Shown: one piece after another, positions 37,501 through 48,836 of the stretch
How positions within the stretch are numbered: the first letter of the stretch is position 1
Layout of the letters: each line of letters opens with the position of its first letter
Origin: Laetmonice hystrix
Lineage: Eukaryota
Length of the DNA: 64,000 nt
Assembly (NCBI GenBank): GCA_965235115.1
Contig: OZ249440.1
Location: forward strand, 496,001 to 560,000
Direction: 5' to 3'
Translations under genes and position numbers: made by a program
Notes under the pieces: generated by a model
What the model was told of the DNA's origin: nothing
The model's database searches: none
The model's input: the letters and a program-made list of their open reading frames with translations, nothing else

Positions 37501-39346
37501 TATAACACCGACACCCTCTCCAGATTGTTCCAAGAGTGGGCACACATTATAATTTGGTGGAAAGTAAAGATCCATAGCCCTGACCTTATCTCTAGCCCTA
37601 ACCCCAGTCCCTACACCTGCATCGATTATTGATAGCTGGGATATAACACCGACACCCTCTCCAGATTGTTCCAAGAGTGTGCACACATTATAATTTGGTG
37701 GAAAGTAAAGATCCATAGCCCTGACCTTATCTCTAGCCCTAACCCCAGTCCCTACACCTGCATCGATTATTGATAGCTGGGATATAACACCGACACCCTC
37801 TCCAGATTGTTCCAAGAGTGTGCACACATTATAATTTGGTGGAAAGTAAAGATCCATAGCCCTGACCTTATCTCTAGCCCTAACCCCAGTCCCTACACCT
37901 GCATCGATTATTGATAGCTGGGATATAACACCGACACCCTTTCCAGATTGTTCCAAGAGTGGGCACACATTATAATTTGGTGGAAAGTAAAGATCCATAG
38001 CCCTGACCTTATCTCTAGCCCTAACCCCAGTCCCTACACCTGCATCGATTATTGATAGCTGGGATATAACACCGACACCCTTTCCAGATTGTTCCAAGAG
38101 TGTGCACACATTATAATTTGGTGGAAAGTAAAGATCCATAGCCCTGACCTTATCTCTAGCCCTAACCCCAGTCCCTACACCTGCATCGATTATTGATAGC
38201 TGGGATATAACACCGACACCCTTTCCAGATTGTTCCAAGAGTGGGCACACATTATAATTTGGTGGAAAGTAAAGATCCATAGCCCTGACCTTATCTCTAG
38301 CCAGGGTTGGCAAAAACCCGGGTTTTAAGCTTATTGCCCAGCCCAGTGGGTTTTACTGGGTTTACCCGGGTTTTACGGGTTTTATGGGTAATACTGGGTT
38401 TTATGACAACACGCTTCCCCAGGTCCAACTACAGTGGTAAACATTTAAAATATTCATAATATTTTTCATTCAGAAAATACTCATGAGAATGTACTAAATT
38501 GATACACACTGGAACCCGTGAGTCTGGTGTGATTGTATCATTGTAAAGAGTAGATAATCCCTGTCCTATACTCCAGACTGTCTGGCAACTCATGACTACA
38601 CTGAATCAATACACTGGAATCAGTGAACCGGTAAAGAGAGGGGTGCACCTGTGCCTTCTAGCTCCTCTATGTATACTAACTGCTTTGTCTAAACTCTACA
38701 TGGCAGACGCTCAGACAGATTCTATAGGTAGGCCTCTGAATATAATGTCCTGCAAGTGAGAAATTTTCAGTCAGTGTGTATCAGTACTTGACCGCATAGC
38801 TATCCAGGTACTGACCAGTATGAAGCATAGAGACCCTGTTTGGCAATTTTTTCCATTTTTTGAGAATTGTTTATGATTTTGTTCTTATTGCCCAGTATTG
38901 CCCACTTAGCTGATTTTAGGGATATTGCCCAGCCCGGGTTTTCCCGGGTTTTCCCGGACATTATTACCCGCCCGGGTATTGCCCGGCCAACCCTGTTTCT
39001 AGCCCCTAACCCCAGTCCCTACACCTGCATCGATTATTGATAGCCTAGCTGGGATATAAGACCGACACCCTCTCCAGATTGTTCCAAGAGTGGGCACACA
39101 TTATAATTTCAGGCATAGACTAGGATTTTTTTTTATTTGTCCGGATTTCCAGACTATTTCAAGGTGGCCGATTTTTCCAATTGATCACTTGCCACAAGAC
39201 GTTGACTACAAAATTCCACTTGCCTGGCTCTAACATCCACATGCCCTCATAAAATTGATGTGATTCTATTCATATAATACTGTTGTATTTATAGTGTGTT
39301 ACTGATGGATGATATTCACGATCAGCTGAAGACCATACAACGATAA
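34506..39346 (+). CDS. BORCS7: BLOC-1-related complex subunit 7
   Basis: Exons 34506-34622, 36461-36523, 36641-36684, 37183-37203 (21-nt microexon), 39295-39346 give 98 aa: MSSSWNQETKARLSDKVSANMNDIASLTRQMLRGSKSAELLEKAAKNFAYQENAIENSLTTLKKMGLLSSHLQFQAEAIERSVLLMDDIHDQLKTIQR. This follows the BORCS7 pattern (L.K.....D...LT.Q.L.GS.S.ELL..AA.N...QE.AI......L.KM.....HLQ.Q.EAI). Confidence 0.85.
34886..36259. mobile_element. Foldback-like non-autonomous DNA element: long inverted arms built of 145-bp tandem units, AT-rich spacer
   Basis: Left end ggtatgcctaaacaccgaaacggaccgaaa is the reverse complement of the right end. The left arm (~34886-35480) has about 4 units and the right arm (~35810-36259) about 3. 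TAT flanks both sides. Confidence 0.8.
37267..39110. repeat. 141-bp minisatellite (7 full units plus one unit split by a MITE), BORCS7 intron 4
   Basis: aatttggtggaaagtaaagatccatagccctgacc...; the array resumes at ~39000 after the insertion. Confidence 0.93.
38302..38995. mobile_element. hAT-like MITE (694 bp)
   Basis: TIRs CAGGGTTGGC/GCCAACCCTG, 8-bp TSD tctctagc/tttctagc (one mismatch), subterminal CCCGGG motifs, no ORF. Confidence 0.88.
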
Positions 39347-39557
39347 GATGATTGAACAGATGAGAGGATGGCAGTGACAGCCTTCACCCAATCTTCTACC
39401 TTAGATTATTTATTATATCAAAATAAAAATTGTATGGACGGACTGCAAACAGATACGGTAATAAAATGTGCCAACCATATGTAATTTCATGATTTTTGTG
39501 GCGTTGTTTGTTTAATATTGCAAATATTGTATCACAAGGTGTCAAATAATGTTGTCC

Positions 39558-39937
39558 CAGTCTGTCAGGTCATTGACACATCAGTCAGACTCACTGTAAA
39601 CTTCTGTCAGGTCATTGACACATCAGTCAGACTCACTGTAAACTTCTGTCAGGTCATTGACACATCAGTCAGACTCACTGTAAACTTCTGTCAGGTCATT
39701 GACACATCAGTCACACTCACTGTAAACTTCTGTCAGGTCATTGACACATCAGTCAGACTCACTGTAAACTTCTGTCAGGTCATTGACACATCAGTCAGAC
39801 TCACTGTAAACTTCTGTCAGGTCATTGACACATCAGTCACACTCACTGTAAACTTCTGTCAGGTCATTGACACATCAGTCAGACTCACTGTAAACTTCTG
39901 TCAGGTCATTGACACATCAGTCACACTCACTGTAAAC
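39558..39937. repeat. 42-bp minisatellite, 9 copies
   Basis: ctgtcaggtcattgacacatcagtcagactcactgtaaactt. Confidence 0.92.
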
Positions 39938-40513
39938 TCCCTCCCTCCATCGCGCCTGCATGACGGCATGCCAGTGGCATGTGGGTGTTCCCCTTCTTAC
40001 CATGCCCACCTAGCCTCCCCGACCTAATGATGCTGTACATCTATGTGAACTTATTATCCTGTCCCGTATTGTGTTTAAATGTACTTGTAGTAAATGCTAT
40101 GTCTATCTCAGTCATTTTTCAAGATATCTCAACCAAACTTTGTACGCATCTTGACCATAAGGAAGTCTGGTCAGACAATGAGTCATGTCAAATTTTTGGA
40201 ACATTGGGAGCCATTTTTAAAGTTCATATGTACAGTATCTATTATGACGTTTTCATCAGGCAAGGGTCTTGCCTAATACTGACCCTCCGTTTGACCTTTG
40301 ACCTTAGGGAGAACTGGGTCCTAACTAGGTCGTAAATCAGTTAAATCACTACATTTTTTGGTAAGATTTGACAATATTGGACAGAAGGACGCTCTGTTTC
40401 TATTGTTACATGATTGGTAAGGTTATTCGTCATCATATGTGCGTATCCTTCGTACAAATAGCCTCCCGTCAGTCCATCGGCAGCCAGGCTTCACACTCCT
40501 TCCCATGACCCTC

Positions 40514-40901
40514 CAGAGGCGTAGGAAGCACTTTAAAAGTGGGGGGGCCAACAGGGCCATGCACAGGACTTTTCGAGGGGGATTACAGTTTGGCGGGGGG
40601 ACTGGTCGAGCGCCGAAGGCGCGAAGCCATGCTAGGGGGTCCGGGGCATCCCCCCCCCCCCCCCCCCCCAAAAAAAATTTTGAAATTTATAGTGTAATTT
40701 GGTGACATTTGGTGCATCTTAGAGCACAAAATAAGGTCTGAAATATGAGAAAATACCCTCCCCCATAGACTTCCATACACTTCCAATGGCAAAAGTCAAG
40801 GAGAGGGAAAAAGTGGGGGGGCCAAAAGATACTCTGGCCCCCCTCATTTCAAAGTGGGGGGGGGGCATGGCCCCCCTGGCTCCCCTTTTCCTACGCCCCT
40901 G
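40514..40901. mobile_element. MITE with CAG(A/G)GGCGTAGGAA terminal inverted repeats
   Basis: cagaggcgtaggaa ... ttcctacgcccctg, flanked on both sides by ccctc. Confidence 0.7.
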
Positions 40902-41176
40902 CCCTCTTCGTGCCTCGGCTCCTGGGAAGGAGGTTGGCCAGGCTTGTGTCGGCTATGTGCCGCTAGGTGGCAACTCCACGATAGAGGGCGCCTTGATAGG
41001 TCCTCTAATATTCTTCACCAAATTTTAACAGTAGATACCCCTCGCCTATACCTTTCATTTCCACAGTCTCTACAGTCAGGGGGGTATACAGGGTCCTAAT
41101 CACTACAGTCAGGTGGCGTATATAGGGCCCTAATCACTATAGTAAGGTGGGGTATATAGGGGCCTACTCACTACTA

Positions 41177-41830
41177 GTGGGCATGGGCGTCGATACCTTA
41201 TGCTATGGGAATAGGTGCAGTAATCTTGGGGCCGGGGTTTGATTCCTGTAGAGGACTATACGACTTTTCTCTTTAGGGACATTGTCAAAGTAATTGGGTT
41301 ACGCCTGATGCCCGTGCATTTCAAAAGAAAAATACAGCCAGGTGGGTATAGAGACCTAATCCGTCTCATCTCGGAAGATGTGTGTAGGGGGGAGGGTCCA
41401 TTGTCCTGCTCGACCACCAAAGCTTCCTTTTTAGGGAAGTGGCGGTGGCCGAGTGGGCATGGGCGTCGATACCTTATGCTATGCGAATGGGTGCAGTAAT
41501 CTTGGGGCCGGGGTTCGATTCCTGTAGAGGACTATACATGTATACAACTTTTCTCTTTAGGGACATTGTCAAAGTAATTGGGTTACCCCTGATGCCCGTG
41601 CATTTCAAAAGAAAAATACAGTCAGGTGGGGTATATAGGGACATAATCACACGCCAGTGTCAGGATTACCTTAACAGTCAATGTTCGGTAGAAATCATGT
41701 GTAGCTCTAGCTAGGAAAATATGGATTCCGTCTCATTTCGGAAGATGTGTGTAGGGGGGAGGGTCCATTGTCCTGCTCGTCCACCAAAGCTCCTTTTTTA
41801 GGGGAGTGGCGGTGGCCGAGTGGGCATGCA
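41177..41830 (+). mobile_element. tRNA-derived SINE-like sequence, tandemly rearranged
   Basis: A-box TGGCCGAGTGG at 41446-41456 and B-box GGTTCGATTCC at 41512-41522, followed by a body ending tttcaaaagaaaaatacag. Partial copies lie at 41177 and 41808, and a 3' fragment at 44816-44898. Confidence 0.65.
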
Positions 41831-41836
41831 GGCGCG

Positions 41837-41985
41837 CAGGGGCTCGTTTCACTAAGACTGTACGGGCTCGTAGGCCTATATGGCCTTATAGCTCGTAAAG
41901 AAGCAAAAATTCATACATTTTGCTATTATGATCTACAGAAAATACGAGCTCGTAAAATACGAGTGTTTAGTGAAACGGTCCCCTG
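41837..41985. mobile_element. 149-bp MITE; a related copy lies in opposite orientation at ~53709-53839
   Basis: TIRs caggggctcgtttcactaa / ttagtgaaacggtcccctg. Confidence 0.75.
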
Positions 41986-42479
41986 ATCCCTATAAGCACC
42001 AAAGCACGTGCTTACACTTTATTTTGACGACGAATTTTTTTTTTATAGAAAATAGAAATTTACTAATGTGCCCATTAATATATAATGTAATTATATAGTT
42101 ATTATGTAACTACAGTGTCATCTTTCGGGTGTGTTCAGGTAATGTCATACCATTACGTCATCTTTTGGTTGTGGTCATGATCGTTTGCGGGGAAGGTGGC
42201 ATGGACATGATATGATGGAACAAAGTCACAAAACAGATTGCAGCTGAATTATAGATTTTGAAATTTTGCCTGTACTTCTTTTTCATATTTTCTGTTTCTC
42301 AATATTGACGGGTTGGATAGGCAACTGTAGGGCCTATCACTTTAGTCTTCCCCACCAAAAAAATTACCAGTCTGCTAGTCTGCCTAGATGTCGGCAGTTC
42401 CATCATGGCCGTAGAGTCTGGCAGGCAATATGGAGAGCAACAAGCCGACCCTTCCTTGGTCCATCCCCTACTTTCCTCT

Positions 42480-42910
42480 CTCAATTTGTATTGTTACATG
42501 ATTCTTCTAGTAAGTATTATATCTCTGTCTATCCTTCGTACAAATGGCCTCCTGTCTGTATATTGCCAGGTTTGTATTGTTACATGATTCTTCTAGTAAG
42601 TATTATATCTCTGTCTATCCTTCGTACAAATGGCCTCCTGTCTGTATATTGCCAGGTTTGTATTGTTACATGATTCTTCTAGTAAGTATTATATCTCTGT
42701 CTATCCTTCGTACAAATGGCCTCCTGTCTGTATATTGCCAGGTTTGTATTGTTACATGATTCTTCTAGTAAGTATTATCTCTGTCTATCCTTCGTACAAA
42801 TGGCCTCCTGTCTGTATATTGCCAGGTTTGTATTGTTACATGATTCTTCTAGTAAGTATTATCTCTGTCTATCCTTCGTACAAATGGCCTCCTGTCTGTA
42901 TATTGCCAGG
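42480..42910. repeat. 83-86-bp tandem repeat, ~5 copies
   Basis: tttgtattgttacatgattcttctagtaagtattatatctctgtctatccttcgtacaaatggcctcc... Confidence 0.9.
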
Positions 42911-44072
42911 TGCCAGCCGAAGGTATGGTATAGCTCTGTGCCGCTAGGTGGCGACTCCACGATAGAGGGCGCATTTAGAGGCATATTTTCATCTCATATC
43001 TTTGTATTTCTGCGTTATTTGTCTATAAAAGTTCTCTCCAAATCTCAAGTACGGAAGAGCAGTGCGTAGAAAAACTCTTACATCGTACACACCTCTAAAA
43101 GGCGTCCTCCCAACACTGACATTAGATCTAAAGCCCTCTTTAATATTATCTTGTCTGGAAGTGTGCCTCTGTGTAAGAAGACACCATTCGTGGTGTCCAC
43201 AAACTTTGAAACAAAACAGGGCCATCCACATAGCCTAATAGAAAAGTTTCGGAGAGCAGATCAATCAAACATGAATATTGCAATTTTTCTTGGTTCTAGG
43301 CTATTATTCTGATACCATATAGGCCTACTTGGGAAACCCGACATTTCTGAATTCCACTCCTCCCTATAGGGGCGGATTAATTAGCCCCCCCCCCCCCCTC
43401 CAACCAGTGGGACTCGTTGGAGTTAGGCGTAGGCCTATGTAGGCTATGTATAGAATCTAAAGCTGCTACTAAAGGGCCACCTCCATATCAGGATATCAAG
43501 ATATCGGAGTCGGAGCCTCGCCCTCAGACAGTGTGCGCGCCATCACAGGATTTTCTGTTTTGTAACGAGGCAGAAGTGTATACCGCCCTGTCTCCAGCCG
43601 ACTGAAGATAGTCTCGTTGATTGGTCATTCCGTGTGCGTGGACCGTGGTCGATGACGAAGTCTCGCCTGCCGTCGCCACTTCTCGAGATCTCTGCGCATA
43701 CACAATGACCGATTAGAAGCCGGTCGTAGTCACATTGTTGACTTGGTATGTGTGGCCCTGCTGCCACATTGTACACTTGGGCTGTGTGGGGCTCGGCTGT
43801 TTGTGAGCTAGGGCTGACTCGACGCGTTCACAAGGAAAACATGCAGTGTCATCACAAGAGAACCAACCGCCCAGGAGTGGTGACCAGCCACAGGTGGACG
43901 TCGAGGCTTAGACACTTGGACACAGGCTGGCCAGGTCCCGTTTATATAAATTAGGGCTAGGCCTATAGGCTTATATATAGGCCGAGGCCTAAGCAGGTCT
44001 ACATTCTTTGTGGGGGCATATTTGAGACCAATGCCGGGTTGAGAGGGTTGAAGAGAGCAACAGAGAGACAAG

Positions 44073-44631
44073 CATTCGGGAATCCTCGGCCATATCTTCG
44101 AAAGTAGCCTCGGGTGAAATAGGCGCCATTTTGAGCATTGCATCGCGGGTACATTTAGCTGGGACTCTCGCCAGCATGGCAGTGCTTGCAGTATTTTGCC
44201 TGTATCAGGCATGGAAGCAACTAAAATAGGCCTCCAGTGTTTTCCCCATAGTCAGTGGGCAATATTACGAGAGTATCGTGTTCTTGATACAAGTAGTCGT
44301 ACCATCTGTCGTCGTGCTGTCGTTCATGGGCGCGGCCATATTGCTTCCCATAATTTGATAAATTACCGTATCACGCCCATTTAGGTAAATTAGGTCATTG
44401 ATTTCTTCAGTTCAAACGTTCCCCTTCATACCACAAAATATATATTTGCACATACGATGCCAAGAAGCAGGTTTCAATAATGCACTACTTTCTGGCTCGA
44501 TGGGATATGACGGTTCACTCAGTGCCTCGCTACACAGGTCGATTTCGCCATGTATCTGGTTGCCAATGGCGCCCATTTCACCCGAGGGTATATGCAGATA
44601 TGACGTCATATGCCCGAGGGAATCCCGAATA
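44073..44631. mobile_element. Mutator-like MITE (~55-bp imperfect TIRs, 9-bp TSD)
   Basis: cctcgggtgaaataggcgccat (44108) is inverted at 44566-44587, with outer attcggga/tcccgaat; AGAGACAAG occurs at 44064-44072 and 44632-44640. Confidence 0.7.
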
Positions 44632-44647
44632 AGAGACAAGATCGATA

Positions 44648-45458
44648 GGGGAAAGCGGGGCATGGCGGGACTCGGGGCATGAAGGGACATGGCTCTAGCT
44701 CCTACACTTTTCATCAGATGGGGCTGGGATTCCCTATAGTTGTCACAGCCTTGATGGAAGACATATTGGTGTTGACGGATCCGAACGTCAGACCCACATT
44801 TAAATCTGTAATCATGAGGACTATACAACTTTTCTCTTTAGGGACATTGTCAAAGTAATTGGGTTACCCCTGATGCCCGTGCATTTCAAAAAAAAAATAC
44901 AGACCTGAAATTCTTGGCACCCAAACTTCCACCCCCTGAGTCTCTAGAACTAAGAATGACTGACTATTCTCACACCAACAGTTAGTGTCGGCATTATGGA
45001 GTAAACATTCATTACGTAGCTCGTGATGCATCATCTACTCTGGCGGGAAGAGGACATCTTTGTGACGTTTAGGGTGGGGCATAATGGGACAGTGGCTTAT
45101 GGGCCACAATGGGTAACTGTCCCATCATACCCCATGAGTAGTTAGCGCATGGGCATCCACGGAGGGGGGGGGGCAGGGCAATGGGGGCAGTCCCCCTGCA
45201 TATTACGTCTGTGATTTGTGTCTGTAAACTGACTCTACCGGTGAGCCCCGACCCTGTGTTAACAGCGTCCCGTAATACGATGGGACAGTGTTTAATTTTT
45301 AAAAAGTTGTGTTTTTTATTTCCTAGAAGTTAAAACTGTTTCTAATCAGAACTGGTAATAAAGGTTAGTAGTAAGGTATAGATCTACTGCTGTACTATTT
45401 TTACGATTTAAAAAAAAAACATTTGAAAAAGTGTGGCCCATTATGCCCCGCTTTCCCC
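44648..45458 (+). mobile_element. Tc1/mariner-like non-autonomous element, copy 1 (carries a SINE 3' fragment)
   Basis: TA-GGGGAAAGCGGGGCAT ... ATGCCCCGCTTTCCCC-TA; nearly colinear with 49229-50001. Confidence 0.85.
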
Positions 45459-45736
45459 TATATAGATAGAGAGGCCGGGAGTTAAAAGAAAAAGGAAAGT
45501 AATATAGGATGGTATTATCATGGAAGACACTGACTATAGTTGAATAAAAACATCAAGGATCTGTCTATAATTATTGATTCCAATTATCCGCTCACATCAT
45601 GCAAGCCTGACCGGAATTGTTGGGTACAACATAGGGCCTAATTCTATGGCTCCGACTCCAAGAGTTCTATGAAAGGAAGGTTTGACCTTTTTATTTCCAT
45701 AGGCTCGTACAGTGTACCCAAGTCTTTTGTAAGATA

Positions 45737-45889
45737 TAGTGGAGATCCAGAGGGGCCGGCCCCCCTTAGATTTTCTTTTTTTTTCTTTGGATGAAGATGC
45801 ATTACTACAGTCAAAACCAACAGCCGAGAGTAGCGAGGCAAAAACAATTTAGGTGGCACCCCCTTATCAAAATACTGGATCCCCCACTG
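45737..45889. mobile_element. Small MITE just downstream of the neuropeptide stop codon
   Basis: tagtggagatccag ... ctggatcccccactg imperfect TIRs. Confidence 0.55.
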
Positions 45890-45924
45890 AAGATATTGAT
45901 AATGTTCGCTAGATAGGCATAGGT

Positions 45925-46593
45925 TTAGACCTTCGTCAAGTAGCGTTTGCCAATCCGGCCCAGTTTCTCCTGGGCCTGTCGCAGCCTGCCCACGTAGTTT
46001 TGTCTATGCCGGACGGCCGTCATGTGCGCCAGAGCATTAATGTCAAGTCCGATGGACAGGTCGCCCGGGCCGAGCGCCAGGACCGAGTTAAGGATAGGTT
46101 CAATCCCGCCCTGTCCGGCTCCCGGTCCTCCTGCCGCACCGAGCCGGGACCGCCACTCGGTTACCAACTGGTACACCCGCTGTGGCGGAATATCACGGAG
46201 AAAAGCTTTCACTGCAGCGTTCCGCTTTCTGAAAGAGTCCCATTGGTCGATGTCAGGTCCTGACCCGGAACCAGATCTGTTGTTGTGCCGCGCCAACCTG
46301 CCCGGCCCGCCGGGTCGCATGACGCTGACATATGATGACATTTTGTCCCCAGCCTCAGGATCGTTTTGGTTCCAAACGAAGTGGTTGACACGTCGTGGTC
46401 CCCGTTGTAATCTGCCGGTAGGACTATTTCTGGCCACCCGGCGCAGTGGCGAGTGGGAGTCAAGTGTGACGTCATCATCAGCCGTGACGTCACCGTCATA
46501 CGTGTTGTATGCCGGAAACACGTGTCGGGAGTGGAATCCTGCCGACCAATAACAGGCGAGGAGTAGGGTCACACAGGTCAGTGCCCACTGCAT
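45925..46593 (-). CDS. Secreted neuropeptide precursor, egg-laying hormone/DH44/CRH-like (single coding exon, 222 aa)
   Basis: ATG at 46593 in ACCATG context, followed by a signal peptide (MQWALTCVTLLLACYWSAG). There is an internal KR site and a C-terminal LSIGLDINALAHM...QEKLGRI-G-KR amidation motif. The N-terminus of the peptide aligns with ELH ISINQDLKAITDM. A ttttcag acceptor at ~46700 implies an upstream non-coding exon. Confidence 0.75.
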   Translation of the reverse strand: MQWALTCVTLLLACYWSAGFHSRHVFPAYNTYDGDVTADDDVTLDSHSPLRRVARNSPTGRLQRGPRRVNHFVWNQNDPEAGDKMSSYVSVMRPGGPGRLARHNNRSGSGSGPDIDQWDSFRKRNAAVKAFLRDIPPQRVYQLVTEWRSRLGAAGGPGAGQGGIEPILNSVLALGPGDLSIGLDINALAHMTAVRHRQNYVGRLRQAQEKLGRIGKRYLTKV

Positions 46594-46764
46594 GGTCCCC
46601 GAGAGGGCACTTCGATCAGGTTGGGGCAGGGCGGGGTCTGGAGTTTTGGGGCTCTTCCCCAAGGAATAGACCTACGTCCGTTAGCCTCGTCCTGCTAGTC
46701 TGAAAATACATACAACAGTGAGGAGTGGATTAGAGAACCAAGAAGGCTGGAGGACTATAATAGA

Positions 46765-47020
46765 GGAGAGACAAGTTTGATAGAGGGCAGACAAGTTTGA
46801 CTAGGCCCTAATAGAGGGCAGACAAGTTTGACTAGGCCCTAATAGAGGGCAGACAAGTTTGACTAATAGGGGGCAGACAAGTTTGACTAATAGAGGGCAG
46901 ACAAGTTTGACTAGGCCCTAATAGAGGGCAGACAAGTTTGACTAGGCCCTAATAGAGGGCAGACAAGTTTGACTAATAGAGGGCAGACAAGTTTGACTAA
47001 TAGAGGGCAGACAAGTTTGA
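46765..47020. repeat. 24/31-bp tandem repeat
   Basis: taatagagggcagacaagtttgac(taggccc). Confidence 0.88.
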
Positions 47021-47099
47021 TGAAAATGTGAAGTCGGTATAGATCGAACTGAAATTTTGGAGGTTTTAACGTTAGGGGCAGTGGGAGTTTTAGGTCTAG

Positions 47100-47402
47100 T
47101 GTTTAACAGTTGGTAGGGCTTATCGGCACTGTTAACAGTTGGTATAAGGGCTTATCGGCACTGTTAACAGTTGGTAGGGGTTATCGGCACTGTTAACAGT
47201 TGGTAGGGCTTATCGGCACTGTTAACAGTTGGTAGGGCTTATCGGGACTGTTAACAGTTGGTAGGGGTTATCGGCACTGTTAACAGTTGGTAGGGGTTAT
47301 CGGCACTGTTAACAGTTGGTAGGGGTTATCGGCACCGTTAACAGTTGGTATAAGGGCTTATCGGCACTGTTAACAGTTGGTATAGGGCTTATCGGCACTG
47401 TT
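47100..47402. repeat. 29-31-bp tandem repeat, ~10 copies
   Basis: gttaacagttggtagggcttatcggcact. Confidence 0.9.
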
Positions 47403-47421
47403 GCCATGTCAGTTTGGGGTG

Positions 47422-48836
47422 ACTTTCCGTTAACAGATCTCTAATCCATGTTTTTATTGACCAGTTTTGTAAGGTTTGTAACTTTCCGTTAACAGATCTT
47501 TAATCCATGTTTTTATTGACCAGTTTTGTAAGGTTTGTAACTTTCCGTTAACAGATCTCTAATCCATGTTTTTATTGACCCGTTTTGTAAGGTTTGTAAC
47601 TTTCCGTTAACAGATCTCTAATCCATGTTTTTATTGACCAGTTTTGTAAGGTTTGTAACTTTCCGTTAACAGATCTCTAATCCATGTTTTTATTGACCAG
47701 TTTTGTAAGGTTTGTAACTTTCCGTTAACAGATCTCTAATCCATGTTTTTATTGACCAGTTTTGTAAGGTTTGTAACTTTCCGTTAACAGATCTCTAATC
47801 CATGTTTTTATTGACCCGTTTTGTAAGGTTTGTAACTTTCCGTTAACAGATCTCTAATCCATGTTTTTATTGACCAGTTTTGTAAGGTTTGTAACTTTCC
47901 GTTAACAGATCTCTAATCCATGTTTTTATTGACCAGTTTTGTAAGGTTTGTAACTTTCCGTTAACAGATCTCTAATCCATGTTTTTATTGACCCGTTTTG
48001 TAAGGTTTGTAACTTTCCGTTAACAGATCTTTAATCCATGTTTTTATTGACCAGTTTTGTAAGGTTTGTAACTTTCCGTTAACAGATCTCTAATCCATGT
48101 TTTTATTGACCAGTTTTGTAAGGTTTGTAACTTTCCGTTAACAGATCTCTAATCCATGTTTTTATTGACCCGTTTTGTAAGGTTTGTAACTTTCCGTTAA
48201 CAGATCTCTAATCCATGTTATTATTGACCAGTTTTGTAAGGTTTGTAACTTTCCGTTAACAGATCTCTAATCCATGTTTTTATTGACCAGTTTTGTAAGG
48301 TTTGTAACTTTCCGTTAACAGATCTCTAATCCATGTTTTTATTGACCCGTTTTGTAAGGTTTGTAACTTTCCGTTAACAGATCTCTAATCCATGTTTTTA
48401 TTGACCCGTTTTGTAAGGTTTGTAACTTTCCGTTAACAGATCTTTAATCCATGTTTTTATTGACCAGTTTTGTAAGGTTTGTAACTTTCCGTTAACAGAT
48501 CTCTAATCCATGTTTTTATTGACCCGTTTTGTAAGGTTTGTAACTTTCCGTTAACAGATCTTTAATCCATGTTTTTATTGACCAGTTTTGTAAGGTTTGT
48601 AACTTTCCGTTAACAGATCTCTAATCCATGTTTTTATTGACCCGTTTTGTAAGGTTTGTAACTTTCCGTTAACAGATCTCTAATCCATGTTTTTATTGAC
48701 CAGTTTTGTAAGGTTTGTAACTTTCCGTTAACAGATCTCTAATCCATGTTTTTATTGACCCGTTTTGTAAGGTTTGTAACTTTCCGTTAACAGATCTCTA
48801 ATCCATGTTTTTATTGACCAGTTTTGTAAGGTTTGT
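47422..48836. repeat. 59-bp minisatellite, ~24 copies
   Basis: actttccgttaacagatctctaatccatgtttttattgaccagttttgtaaggtttgta. Confidence 0.96.

Noticed and set aside
37450-38313. 287-aa minus-strand repeat protein
   Set aside because: The 47-aa periodicity comes from the 141-bp intronic array, and the ORF start lies at the MITE junction.
41441-41530. Functional tRNA gene
   Set aside because: A- and B-boxes are present, but I could not build a convincing cloverleaf, and the sequence continues into a shared repeated body with an A-rich tail, which fits a SINE better.
46594-46662. N-terminal 23 aa of the ORF-track neuropeptide protein
   Set aside because: The track starts at a non-ATG codon; ATG 46593 has good context and is followed directly by a signal peptide.
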